Below, piece after piece: positions 1 through 9,337 of a stretch of 64,000 nt of DNA. Position 1 is the stretch's first letter. Every line of letters starts with the position of its first letter. Made by a program: the position numbers and the translations under genes. This stretch comes from Candidatus Limnocylindria bacterium (GTDB lineage Bacteria > Chloroflexota > Limnocylindria > QHBO01), in NCBI GenBank assembly GCA_038322875.1, contig JBBQGI010000002.1, positions 4,348 through 68,347 on the forward strand, read 5' to 3'. The notes beneath the pieces were generated by a model, which saw only the letters and a list, made by a program, of their open reading frames with translations, was not told the origin of the DNA and ran no database searches.

Positions 1-163
1 AGGTCACGTCGGGGATGACAAGGTCGATCCCGAGCATCTCCTGCTCGGGAAAGGCAAGTCCGCAGTCGACGACCAGGATCTCCCCGGCCGCCTCGATGAC
101 GGTGATGTTCTTGCCGACCTCGCCCACCCCGCCGAGCGGGATGATGCGAAGGGTGTCTGGCAT
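1..163 (-). CDS. rnj: ribonuclease J, N-terminal fragment (gene continues beyond window start)
   Basis: Reverse complement of 1-163 translates [54 protein letters not shown], the canonical RNase J metallo-beta-lactamase N-terminus; AGGAGC SD 8 nt upstream. Confidence 0.75.
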   Translation of the reverse strand, partial: MPDTLRIIPLGGVGEVGKNITVIEAAGEILVVDCGLAFPEQEMLGIDLVIPDVT

Positions 164-170
164 GGTGCTC

Positions 171-839
171 CTAGAAGAGGGTCATCTGTTCGGCCTCGTC
201 GGCCTCAGCCGTCGGGGCCGGTGGCACTGGCTCGACCAGGAACGCCTGGACCGATTCCGTCCGCTCGGCGTCGATCGCCTGGCGGGCGGCCAGCAGCGCG
301 GCCGGCAGGCCACGCATATCTGCGAAGAGAGTCTCCCGCAGCGACGACTGATGCAGCGCCGCAGCAGGATGGTACATCGGGAAAACGAACCGCCCGCCCG
401 ATCGGCGCAGTCGGCCATGCACCTCGCCGATGCGGGCATCGGGGAGGTATCGCCGCAGCGAGTGGCGACCGAGTGTGACGATCACGGCCGGGTCGAGCGC
501 CGCTTCCTGGCGGTCGAGGTACGGCCGGCAGGCGGTGATCTCACCCGGCTCCGGGTCGCGGTTGCCCGGTGGCCGGCACTTCACGACGTTGGCGACGAAG
601 ACCTGTTCGCGCGCCCAGCCGATCGAGGTCAGGAGCTCGTCGAGGAGCTGCCCGGCCGGCCCCACGAACGGGCGCCCGGTGGCGTCCTCGCGCTGCCCCG
701 GCCCCTCCCCCACCAGCAGCACATCGCTGATCGGGTTCCCCTCGCCGGGGACGGTCCGCGTGCGGCCGGCATGCAATGGACAGCGCGTACAGGTGCTGAC
801 CTCCGCCGCGACCGCGCTGAGGAGCGCCTCGGCCCCCAT
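171..839 (-). CDS. uracil-DNA glycosylase, family 4
   Basis: GEGPG and CRPPGNR motifs; Fe-S cysteines CTRCPL. Confidence 0.85.
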   Translation of the reverse strand: MGAEALLSAVAAEVSTCTRCPLHAGRTRTVPGEGNPISDVLLVGEGPGQREDATGRPFVGPAGQLLDELLTSIGWAREQVFVANVVKCRPPGNRDPEPGEITACRPYLDRQEAALDPAVIVTLGRHSLRRYLPDARIGEVHGRLRRSGGRFVFPMYHPAAALHQSSLRETLFADMRGLPAALLAARQAIDAERTESVQAFLVEPVPPAPTAEADEAEQMTLF

Positions 840-844
840 CGGCG

Positions 845-3487
845 TCAGGACTCTTCGCTGACGCCTGCCTTGGCCATGTGCCGCTCCATTGCCGCGCGGC
901 GGCTCAGGTTCACGCGGCCCATGCGGTCGATCTCGGTCACGACCACCATCAGCTCATCGCCGACGGCGACCACGTCCTCGACCTGGTTGACCCGGAAGTC
1001 GGCGAGCTGGCTGATGTGCACCAGCCCCTCCTTGCCCGGCATGATCTCGACGAAGGCGCCGAAGTTCATGATGCGGGTCACCTTGCCGAGGTACTCCTTG
1101 CCGACCTCGACATCCTTGGTCAGGCCCTCGATCCAGGCGATCGCCTTCTTGGCGCCCTCCACCGAGACCGACGCGATCTGGATCGTGCCGTCGTCCTCGA
1201 CGTTGATCTGAGTGCCGGTCTCCGCCACGATCTGGCGAATCACCTTGCCGCCCGAGCCGATCACGTCCCGGATCTTGTCGATGGGGATCTTGATGGTGGT
1301 GATCCGGGGCGCATACGGCGACAGCTCGCTGCGGCTGACGCTGATCACCGCGGTCATCTTGTCCAGGATGAAGAGGCGCGCCACGCGTGCCTGCTCCAGG
1401 GCGTCACGCATCACCTCCATCGGGATGCCGCCGACCTTGATGTCCATCTGCAGCGCGGTCACCCCTTCTGCGGTGCCGGCCACCTTGAAGTCCATGTCGC
1501 CGTAGGCGTCCTCCTTGCCGCTGATATCGGTCAGCACGGCATGGCGCCCGGTGGCGGGATCGGAGATGAGGCCCATCGCGGCTCCCGCGACCGGTGCCTT
1601 GATCGGGACGCCGGCGTCCATCAGGGCCAGGGACGAGCCGCAGGTGCTGGCCATGGAGGTCGAGCCGTTGCTGCTGACCACCTCGCTCACCACGCGGATC
1701 GCGTACGGGAACTCATCGGCGGAGGGCAGCACCGGCAGCAGGGCCCGCTCGGCAAGCGCACCGTGGCCGATCTCCCGCCGGCCCGGGCCACGCATCGGGC
1801 GTGCCTCGCCGACGGAGTAGGGCGGGAAGTTGTAGTGGTGCATGTAGCGCTTCTCGGTCTCCGGGGAGATCGTGTCGAGGCGCTGCACGTCCGACCCCGG
1901 GCCCAGCGTGGCGATCGAGAGCGCCTGCGTCTGGCCGCGCGTGAAGAGGCCCGAGCCGTGGGTGCGGGGCAGGACCCCCACCTCGACGCTGATCGGCCGG
2001 ATGGTGGTCGTGTCGCGCCCGTCGATGCGGATGTTCTCCGAGAGCACCAGCTCTCGCGAGGTCGCCTTGGTGAGGACGTCCATCAGGGCGGAGCCGATGC
2101 CGTGCTGGCGCCGGATCTCCTCCATCGAGTCGCCCTGGCCGGCGCGGTTGTAGTCGGTCCGCGCCTTGCGGATCTCCGTCGCGATGTCGCTCCGGATCTT
2201 CTCGAGCCGCTCCGGCAGCCCGGCGGTCAGGTCGATGAAGAGGTCCGCGGTCGCCTCAGCGTCGGGCATCGCGCGGTGCGCGGCAGCATGGTCACGTCCG
2301 AAGACGAAGCGCACCAGGTCGCCGAGCTTGTAGCTACCGGCATCCGGGTAGAGCTGGTAGGCGAGCTCGAGGGTGTCATACACCGCACTCGGCTTCCAGC
2401 CGGCGTCGGTGGGCATATGGCGCAGGACGAACGGCAGGTCGAAGCCGGTGTTGTGGGCGACGACCGGGGTGTCCCCGGCCCACGCGGCGAAATTCGTCAG
2501 CACCTCGGATGCCGGTGGCGCCTTGTCCACGTCGGCGTCGCCCAGGCCATGGATCTGATGCCCGACGATCGAGCGGCCGGGATTGACCAGCGACTCGAAG
2601 CGGTCGACCACCTTGCCACCCTTCACGCGGAGCGCCGCGACGTCGACGATGTAGCCGTTTTCGGGCTTCATGCTGGTCGTCTCGAGGTCCAGGACCACGA
2701 ACTCGGCGCTCTCATCGGTGAGCGCCTTGGCGAGCTTGACGATCGAATCGGCCTTCGGTCCCAGGAACGGGAGCTTCTTGGCCTTGCCGGCGGTCGCCAC
2801 CAGCTTCTCCTGCAGATCGATGCTGTGCTGCAGCTCGGCGTGGGCGTAGGCGATGGCATCGGCCATCACCGATTCGGGCAGGATCTTCGCACCGGCCTCG
2901 ACCATCATCACCGCTTCGCGGGTGCCCGCCACGACGAGGTCGAGGGAGCTGCCGGCGAGCTGGGTGTAGGTCGGGTTGGTGACGAACGCGCCATCGATGT
3001 AGCCGACCCGGACGGCACCGATGGGGCCCATGAACGGGATGCTGCTGATCGACAGCGCCGCGGAGGCGCCATTGATGGCGAGGATGTCCGGGTCATTCTC
3101 CTGGTCGGTCGAGAGCACGGTCAGAACGATCTGCACGTCCTGCTTGTAGCCCTTCGGGAAGAGGGGGCGGATCGGCCGGTCGGTGAGGCGCATCGCCAGG
3201 ATCGCGTTCTCCGACGGGCGCGACTCGCGCTTGATGAAGCCGCCGGGGATCTTGCCCGCGGCGTACATGCGCTCCTCGAAATCCACCGTCATGGGAAAGA
3301 AGTCGATCCCCTCGCGCGGCTCGGCGGAGACCGCCGTCGCCAGCAGCACCGTGTCGCCGTAGCGCACCAGCACTGCACCATCGGCCTGCTCGGCGAGCTT
3401 GCCCGCCTCGAGCGAGAAGGGCTGGGCGCCAATTTCGGCCTCTACTTTGATAGCCACGTATTCCTCCAGATGTCTTGGTTCTGCCAT
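845..3487 (-). CDS. pnp: polyribonucleotide nucleotidyltransferase (PNPase) with an inserted DnaQ-like DEDDh exonuclease domain
   Basis: 880 aa. N-terminal RNase PH1 core ([13 protein letters not shown]), second RNase PH core, KH and S1 domains all present. About 160 extra residues (aa ~262-420) carry Exo I (LDLETTS), Exo II (AHNTGFD) and Exo III ([14 protein letters not shown]) motifs. Alternative GTG start at 3457 gives a more typical N-terminal length. Confidence 0.9.
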   Translation of the reverse strand: MAEPRHLEEYVAIKVEAEIGAQPFSLEAGKLAEQADGAVLVRYGDTVLLATAVSAEPREGIDFFPMTVDFEERMYAAGKIPGGFIKRESRPSENAILAMRLTDRPIRPLFPKGYKQDVQIVLTVLSTDQENDPDILAINGASAALSISSIPFMGPIGAVRVGYIDGAFVTNPTYTQLAGSSLDLVVAGTREAVMMVEAGAKILPESVMADAIAYAHAELQHSIDLQEKLVATAGKAKKLPFLGPKADSIVKLAKALTDESAEFVVLDLETTSMKPENGYIVDVAALRVKGGKVVDRFESLVNPGRSIVGHQIHGLGDADVDKAPPASEVLTNFAAWAGDTPVVAHNTGFDLPFVLRHMPTDAGWKPSAVYDTLELAYQLYPDAGSYKLGDLVRFVFGRDHAAAHRAMPDAEATADLFIDLTAGLPERLEKIRSDIATEIRKARTDYNRAGQGDSMEEIRRQHGIGSALMDVLTKATSRELVLSENIRIDGRDTTTIRPISVEVGVLPRTHGSGLFTRGQTQALSIATLGPGSDVQRLDTISPETEKRYMHHYNFPPYSVGEARPMRGPGRREIGHGALAERALLPVLPSADEFPYAIRVVSEVVSSNGSTSMASTCGSSLALMDAGVPIKAPVAGAAMGLISDPATGRHAVLTDISGKEDAYGDMDFKVAGTAEGVTALQMDIKVGGIPMEVMRDALEQARVARLFILDKMTAVISVSRSELSPYAPRITTIKIPIDKIRDVIGSGGKVIRQIVAETGTQINVEDDGTIQIASVSVEGAKKAIAWIEGLTKDVEVGKEYLGKVTRIMNFGAFVEIMPGKEGLVHISQLADFRVNQVEDVVAVGDELMVVVTEIDRMGRVNLSRRAAMERHMAKAGVSEES

Positions 3488-3565
3488 GCGGCCCGGCGCT
3501 CGGCCCGCACACGGACCTCGGCTTCACCGAGGTGGCGGGCGGCGGCCTTTGCAGGCGCAGATGGC

Positions 3566-3621
3566 TGTTGGGTCCGGCCTGAAGACCTGGCCGGATCGGT
3601 GCGACCCCGAGCCGATCGGCT
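3566..3621 (-). promoter_or_regulatory. two stem-loops in the rpsO-pnp intergenic leader (TCCGGCC..GGCCGGA and perfect palindrome GAGCCGATCGGCTC)
   Basis: Inverted repeats read from sequence; position corresponds to the RNase III-processed autoregulatory leader of pnp in other bacteria. Confidence 0.4.
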
Positions 3622-3650
3622 CCCGGGTCGTCTGCACGACGTGTGCGTGG

Positions 3651-3932
3651 TTAGCGGCGCAGTCCCAGTCGACCGATCACCGCGCGGTAGCGATCCACGT
3701 CATTTCGGACGAGGTAGGCCAGCAGCCTTCGGCGCTGACCGACGAGCTTGAGCAGCCCGCGACGCGAGTGGTTGTCGTTCTGGTAGGTGCGCAGGTGCTC
3801 CGTCAGCGACTTGATCCGCTCGGTAAGAAGCGCGATCTGCACCTCGGGGGAGCCGGTATCGCCATCGTGCGTGGCGTAGTCGTCGATGATGGCGCTCTTC
3901 GTGTCTCCGGCGAGCGGCACGTATTCCTCCAC
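3651..3932 (-). CDS. rpsO: 30S ribosomal protein S15
   Basis: Conserved S15 sequence; GTG start preceded by GGAGG. Confidence 0.9.
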   Translation of the reverse strand: MEEYVPLAGDTKSAIIDDYATHDGDTGSPEVQIALLTERIKSLTEHLRTYQNDNHSRRGLLKLVGQRRRLLAYLVRNDVDRYRAVIGRLGLRR

Positions 3933-3998
3933 TTTCTTTCCACAATCGTGCGCATGGTACCAGACCGATCCCCCGAACGCCGATCGGCGACCCTCGCG

Positions 3999-4943
3999 TC
4001 AGCCCACTCCGAGCACGTCACGGCCCTGTGATTCGTCGCGGCGCATCTGCTGGACGAGGGCGCTGGCGTCGTCGAAGCGCTGCTCATCGCGCAGCCGGGC
4101 GACGAGCTCGACGCCGAGCTCCGATCCGTACAGGTCGCCATCGAAGTCGAGCAGGTGAACCTCCACCAGGACCGCTCCACCAGCGTGGAAGGTCGGACGC
4201 GTGCCGATGCTGACCAGCGACGGATGTGCCGGCCCGACCTGGGGGTCGGCATGGGTCACGCGGCCGGCATAGATGCCGAGTGGCGGCATGACGGGGGTGT
4301 AGGCGAAGCGCAGGTTCGCGGTCGGGAATCCCATCTCACGGCCGCGACGATCACCGGGAACCACGGTTCCCTCCAGGTAGGGGGCCACCCCCAATCGGAG
4401 CGCGACATCGAGCTCGGCGGCCGCGATCGCGTCACGCACTCGGGTCGAGGAGGCGACCTCCCCATCGACCTGCACCGGGTCGACCACAGTGACGGAGAAC
4501 CCCTGATCGGCTCCTAGCTGCTGCACCCGTTCGACCGTGCCGCGCCGGTCGCGACCGAAGGCGCTGCCGCGACCCATGGCCAGGCCGCGCAGGCCGATCG
4601 CCGGGGAGAGCCCCGCCAGGAAGGCATCTGCCGTCAGCCAGCGCAGCGACTCGTCGAAGCGCACCGGGAGCGCGTGATCAATGCCGGCCGCCTGGATCCG
4701 TGCCAGGTTGACCGCCAGTGGAGCCAGGCGGGATACCTGCGTGCCGTGTCGCAGCAGCTCGTCGGGGTGCGGGTCGAAGACCAATGCCACGCTGCGGGCG
4801 CCAAGCTGAGCGGCGGTCACCCGGGTCGCTTCCAGCAGGGCGCGGTGGCCAACATGCACGCCATCGAAGACTCCGATGGTGACGACCGCCGGTCCGATCG
4901 ACGGCAGCTCCGATAGCCCCTGGGCACGTCCATCTTCGGTCAC
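3999..4943 (-). CDS. ribF: bifunctional riboflavin kinase / FMN adenylyltransferase
   Basis: VVTIGVFDGVHVGH N-terminal nucleotidyltransferase motif plus C-terminal flavokinase domain; start overlaps truB stop. Confidence 0.9.
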   Translation of the reverse strand: MTEDGRAQGLSELPSIGPAVVTIGVFDGVHVGHRALLEATRVTAAQLGARSVALVFDPHPDELLRHGTQVSRLAPLAVNLARIQAAGIDHALPVRFDESLRWLTADAFLAGLSPAIGLRGLAMGRGSAFGRDRRGTVERVQQLGADQGFSVTVVDPVQVDGEVASSTRVRDAIAAAELDVALRLGVAPYLEGTVVPGDRRGREMGFPTANLRFAYTPVMPPLGIYAGRVTHADPQVGPAHPSLVSIGTRPTFHAGGAVLVEVHLLDFDGDLYGSELGVELVARLRDEQRFDDASALVQQMRRDESQGRDVLGVG

Positions 4944-5821
4944 GTCCCACCTGCGATCACCGTGCGCGGCTCGAGCAGCCCGTCACGCAGCAGGCCGATG
5001 CCCAGCAGTGCACCGTCGGCAAAGACCGCCTGGCGCCCACCTCCGCGCTCTCCGCGCATCATGACCGCCGAGCCATGCAGGAAGCGGCCGGCGGCCTCGG
5101 CGTCGAGGTGGAGCTGAGGCAGGTTCAGCAACGGCGCCACGGGGAGCACTGCGTCGTCCAGGTGGCCGGCCTCGGCCAGCCACTCGAGCTGGTCCGGCCC
5201 GATCGCCTCGGATGCCTGCAATCCCGCCGCCTCGGTTCGGCGCAGGGCATGGAGATGGCCGCCGCAGCCAAGGCGCTCCCCCAGGTCGCGCGCGATCGAG
5301 CGAATGTAGGTCCCCGCACCGCATCGGATGTCGCAGGTCAAGTCGAGCCAGCCGTCGCCGGACTCCGTGCCCAGCAGGTCGATCGCGTGCACCGTCACCG
5401 GGCGAGCAGGTACGTCGATGGGGCTGCCGGCGCGTGCGGCTCGATGCGCCACGGCACCGCCCATCTTCCGTGCAGAGAAGGCGGGCGGTCGCTGGTCATA
5501 GGTCCCGACGAAGAACGCCACCGCGGACAGGATTGCGGGCAGGTCGGGCGGGGACGAGCCCACCTCCAGCGGTCCCTGCGCATCATCGGTGGCTGAGCGA
5601 AGCCCCAGGCGGATCACGGCCTCGTAGCGCTTCGGTCCCCCGGTCAGGTCATCGCTGAAGCGCGTGGCCGCTCCGACGAGGATCGGCAGCACGCCCGAGG
5701 CCAGCGGATCGAGCGTGCCGGCATGACCAATGCGACGCATGCCGGTCAGGCGGCGAACCAGATCGACCATGTCGTGCGAGGTCGGCCCGATCGGCTTGTC
5801 GAGGTTAACGACCCCGAGCAT
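4940..5821 (-). CDS. truB: tRNA pseudouridine(55) synthase
   Basis: LDKPIGPTSHDMV and HAGTLDPLASGVL catalytic motif; ORF start trimmed to internal Met (M23). Confidence 0.85.
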   Translation of the reverse strand: MLGVVNLDKPIGPTSHDMVDLVRRLTGMRRIGHAGTLDPLASGVLPILVGAATRFSDDLTGGPKRYEAVIRLGLRSATDDAQGPLEVGSSPPDLPAILSAVAFFVGTYDQRPPAFSARKMGGAVAHRAARAGSPIDVPARPVTVHAIDLLGTESGDGWLDLTCDIRCGAGTYIRSIARDLGERLGCGGHLHALRRTEAAGLQASEAIGPDQLEWLAEAGHLDDAVLPVAPLLNLPQLHLDAEAAGRFLHGSAVMMRGERGGGRQAVFADGALLGIGLLRDGLLEPRTVIAGGT

Positions 5822-6782
5822 CGCCGCGGGCCAGCTCGCGCTGGGCCTCTGCGAGGACCAAGCCGCGAGCCGCTTCGATGGATCCATTCACCGTGCAGCC
5901 CGCGGCTCGGGCATGGCCGCCGCCGCCAAAGGCCGAGGTGATGGCGACCGCGTCGGCCCGGGCGCTGGTCCGGACACTGACCCGCGTCGCACCGGGACCG
6001 ACCTCCTTGAAGAGGATCGTCACGTCCGCGTGCCGCGTCGACCCCAGGAGGTCGACGAATCCCTCCGAGGCTGTTGGCTGCTCACCGGTCGCGGCGAGCA
6101 TCGCCAGCGTCATCGAGGCGAAGACGATCCGTCCCTCAGCCTCTTGTCCGATGCCGGCCAGCATCTGGCCCCATAGCGCCAGCGTGCTGAAGGGCTTGTC
6201 GGCGTAGACCGCGCGATTGATGGCGGCCAGCGGCGCGCCGGCGTCGAGGAGCTCCGTGGCGACGCGGAGGGTTCGGGCGGTGGTGTTCGGATGAGCGAAG
6301 GTATGCGTGTCCTGCACGATGCCGGCCATCAATGCCGTGGCCAGCTCCACGTCGAGCGGCACGCCCAGCTCGGGCAGCAGCAGCGCCACCAGCTCGCAGG
6401 TGGCCGCGGCCTGCGGATCGATCCACACCGCCACGCCGTAGCCGGGATTGCTGATGTGATGGTCGATGTTCACGATCCGCGCGCGAGCGAACCAGTCCGC
6501 CTGCTCGGTGACGACCGAGCCGATCCGGCTCAGCTCCCCCGCATCGACGACCACGGCCACGTCGGGCTCGAGTGCCGGCGCTCGCACCACCCGGTCGACG
6601 CGCGGCAGGAACGATAGAAAGGGAGGCGGCGGGTCGACGCTCACGACCTCGGTCTGCTTGCCGAGACGCTCGGCCGCAACGGTGATGGCGATCGCCGCCC
6701 CCAGGGTGTCCCCGTCCGGATTTTCGTGGCAGAAGGCGGTGATCCGCTCGGCCCCGCGCAGGACCTCGGCGACGTCGAGCAT
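5805..6782 (-). CDS. nrnA: DHH/DHHA1 phosphoesterase, NrnA-like nanoRNase / pAp phosphatase
   Basis: HENPDGDTLGAA DHH motif, DHHA1 GGGH C-terminus; same operon position as Bacillus nrnA-like genes. Confidence 0.75.
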   Translation of the reverse strand: MLDVAEVLRGAERITAFCHENPDGDTLGAAIAITVAAERLGKQTEVVSVDPPPPFLSFLPRVDRVVRAPALEPDVAVVVDAGELSRIGSVVTEQADWFARARIVNIDHHISNPGYGVAVWIDPQAAATCELVALLLPELGVPLDVELATALMAGIVQDTHTFAHPNTTARTLRVATELLDAGAPLAAINRAVYADKPFSTLALWGQMLAGIGQEAEGRIVFASMTLAMLAATGEQPTASEGFVDLLGSTRHADVTILFKEVGPGATRVSVRTSARADAVAITSAFGGGGHARAAGCTVNGSIEAARGLVLAEAQRELARGDARGR

Positions 6783-7160
6783 CTAGCTCTCCCCCGCCTC
6801 GTCGTCGCTCGTGCGGCGCTCACTGGCCTGCAGCTCATTGATGATCTGCAGCACGCGGTCGCCGGATTCGATCGAATCGTCCTCGCGAATCGTGAGGTCG
6901 GGAACGTGGCGCAGGCTGAGTCGTTCGCCGAGCTTGCGCCGCAGCCACGGGGTGGCGACCCTCAGGGCATCCATCGTCTTCGTGCGCTCCACCTCGCTGC
7001 CGAGGACGCTGACCCAGACGCGGGCATGGCCAAGGTCGCGAGCCGTCTCGACGCGCGTAATCGTCGCAAAGCCGAGCCGCGGGTCCTTCATCTCGCGCTG
7101 CAGCAGATCCATCAGCTCCTGGCGGATCTGGCTGTCGAGGCGATCGGTCCGCTGGCTCAT
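6783..7160 (-). CDS. rbfA: ribosome-binding factor A
   Basis: Conserved RbfA sequence, downstream of infB. Confidence 0.9.
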   Translation of the reverse strand: MSQRTDRLDSQIRQELMDLLQREMKDPRLGFATITRVETARDLGHARVWVSVLGSEVERTKTMDALRVATPWLRRKLGERLSLRHVPDLTIREDDSIESGDRVLQIINELQASERRTSDDEAGES

Positions 7161-7170
7161 GCGAGCGAGG

Positions 7171-9078
7171 TCACGCGGGCTCGGACACCATCTGGAAGCA
7201 CTCGACCAGGTCGCCCTCGGCGATCTCGATGCTGCCCAGCCCGATCCCGCACTCGAATCCGGTGGCGACCTCGCGCACGTCGTCCTTGAAGCGTTTCAGC
7301 GACTCGATCCGGCCTTCGGCCACGACGCTGCCGCCGCGGAAGAGGCGAACCTGTCCGCCCCGCACGATGCGGCCATCGACCACGTAGGAGCCGGCGATGT
7401 TTCCAGCCTTGCCGGCCTTGATCACCATGCGCACTTCGGCATGGCCCTCGATCTGCTCCACCAGCTTCGGTGCCAGCATCCCCTGCAGGGCGCCACCGAG
7501 GTCATCGGTCAGCTTGTAGATGACGTCGTAGATCCGGACGTCGACGCCGGCCGCATCGACTGAGCGCTGGGCGCCTGGATCGAGCCTCGTGTTGAAGCCG
7601 ATCACGACCGCCTCCGAAGCGCTCGCCAGCTGCACGTCGGACTCGTTGATCTCGCCGGCGCCCTCGCGCAAGATGTTGATCCGGACCTCGCTCGTGTTGA
7701 GGCGCTCGAGCGCGTGGCGGATGGCGCCCAGCGATCCCTGCACGTCGGTCTTGAGGACAACGCGCAGCTCCTTGACCTCGGATGCCTGGATCTGGGCGCT
7801 GATGTCCTCCAGGCTGAACACCGTCTTGCCGTTGCGTGCGCTGGCGGCCTGCTCGATCGCCTCGGCCATGTCGCGGGCGGTCCTCTCATCGGGGACGACG
7901 CGCAGGATGTCGCCCGCCTCCGGCAGGTCGGTGAGGCCGATGATCTCGACCGCAGTCGCCGGCTCGGCCGTCTTGACGCGCTTGCCCGCGGCGTTCTGCA
8001 GGGCCCGGACGCGTCCGAAGGTGCGCCCGACGGTGACGACGTCGCCGATATTCAGTGTGCCGGTCTGGACCAGCACGGTGGCCACGTTGCCGCGGCCCTT
8101 GGCGACCTTCGACTCGATGATCGTGCCGATGGCCGGCCGGTTCGGGTTCGCCTTGAGGTCCTGCAGGTCGGCCACCAGCAGGATCATCTCCATCAGATCG
8201 TCGAGGCCGATCTTCTGCTTGGCGGAGACCGCTACGGCGATCACGTCGCCGCCGAACTCCTCGATGAGGACCTTGTTGTCGGCCAGCTCCTGCTTCACGC
8301 GATCGGGGTTTGCATCGGGCTTGTCGATCTTGTTGATCGCCACGATCATCGGCACCCGCGCCGCACGGACGTGGTCGATTGCCTCCTTGGTCTGCGGCAT
8401 CACGCCGTCGTCGGCGGCAACCACGATGATCGCGATATCGGTCACCTGCGCCCCCCGCGCACGCATGGCGGTGAAGGCCTCGTGGCCGGGGGTGTCCAGG
8501 AAGACGATCCGCTTGCCGTTGTGGACCGCCTCGGAGGCGCCGATGTGCTGGGTGATCCCGCCGCGCTCCCCCGCCGCCACGGTGGTGCTGCGGATGGCGT
8601 CGAGGAGGCTCGTCTTGCCATGATCGACGTGGCCCATGATCGTCACGATCGGAGCGCGAGTGACGAGGTCCCCAGCGTCATCCTCGGTGAAGAGCACGCG
8701 CTTGCCGGCGCCCTCCTCCTCGCTGCCGGGCGCCACGATCTCCTGCTGCGATGCAGCCTCGGCGGCGGCACGCTCGGCGACTCCAAGCTCGACTGTCTCA
8801 ATGCCCAGCTCGCCGGCGACCAGGGAGGCGGTGTCGAAGTCGATCGACTGGTTGATGGTGGCGAAGATGCCGTTGCGGATGAGCTCCTTGATGACATCCG
8901 CGTGGCTCACTGCCAGGGCGGTCGCCAGGTCCTTGACCGATACCGACGACGGCAGCTCGACCGGGGGGCCCCCACGGGGCACGACCGGCTGCGTCTCAAC
9001 TGCAAGCCCGCCCTCGGCACTGTCGCGGCGACGCTGGGGACGGGGGCCGCGACGCGGCTGATATCTACGCGGAGGCAT
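7171..9078 (-). CDS. infB: translation initiation factor IF-2 (short form, 635 aa)
   Basis: G-domain motifs GHVDHGKT, DTPGH, NKID; C-terminal domains. Confidence 0.95.
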   Translation of the reverse strand: MPPRRYQPRRGPRPQRRRDSAEGGLAVETQPVVPRGGPPVELPSSVSVKDLATALAVSHADVIKELIRNGIFATINQSIDFDTASLVAGELGIETVELGVAERAAAEAASQQEIVAPGSEEEGAGKRVLFTEDDAGDLVTRAPIVTIMGHVDHGKTSLLDAIRSTTVAAGERGGITQHIGASEAVHNGKRIVFLDTPGHEAFTAMRARGAQVTDIAIIVVAADDGVMPQTKEAIDHVRAARVPMIVAINKIDKPDANPDRVKQELADNKVLIEEFGGDVIAVAVSAKQKIGLDDLMEMILLVADLQDLKANPNRPAIGTIIESKVAKGRGNVATVLVQTGTLNIGDVVTVGRTFGRVRALQNAAGKRVKTAEPATAVEIIGLTDLPEAGDILRVVPDERTARDMAEAIEQAASARNGKTVFSLEDISAQIQASEVKELRVVLKTDVQGSLGAIRHALERLNTSEVRINILREGAGEINESDVQLASASEAVVIGFNTRLDPGAQRSVDAAGVDVRIYDVIYKLTDDLGGALQGMLAPKLVEQIEGHAEVRMVIKAGKAGNIAGSYVVDGRIVRGGQVRLFRGGSVVAEGRIESLKRFKDDVREVATGFECGIGLGSIEIAEGDLVECFQMVSEPA

Positions 9079-9337
9079 TGCTCACCTCCGACGCCAGCAG
9101 CTCCGGCGCGAGGTGACCGCCCAGGGCTCGCTGGATCCCCTCGCTCAGGCGCGTCGGCTCATGGCAGGCGGGCTGGTCGCACAGATAGGTTCCACGGCCC
9201 GGCGCCTTGCCGCTCGGGTCGGCCGCCACCGATCCGTCGGCGCGCCGCACCAGGCGCGTCATGGATTGCTTCGGGTGCACGTCGCGACAGACCGCGCAGG
9301 TCCGCAGCGGCTGGTAGTCAGGCCTCCGCTTCGGCAT
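9065..9337 (-). CDS. ylxR: YlxR/DUF448 family RNA-binding protein
   Basis: Small Cys-containing protein between nusA and infB; conserved synteny. Confidence 0.8.
   Translation of the reverse strand: MPKRRPDYQPLRTCAVCRDVHPKQSMTRLVRRADGSVAADPSGKAPGRGTYLCDQPACHEPTRLSEGIQRALGGHLAPELLASEVSNASA

Noticed and set aside
15-1211. 398-aa plus-strand ORF across rnj/udg/pnp 3' end
   Set aside because: Antisense to three well-supported minus-strand genes; Arg/Pro/Ser-rich low-complexity translation typical of the wrong frame in high-GC DNA
878-3751. 957-aa plus-strand ORF antisense to pnp
   Set aside because: Mirror frame of PNPase; His/Asp/Arg/Gly-rich, no motifs; pnp on the opposite strand has complete domain architecture
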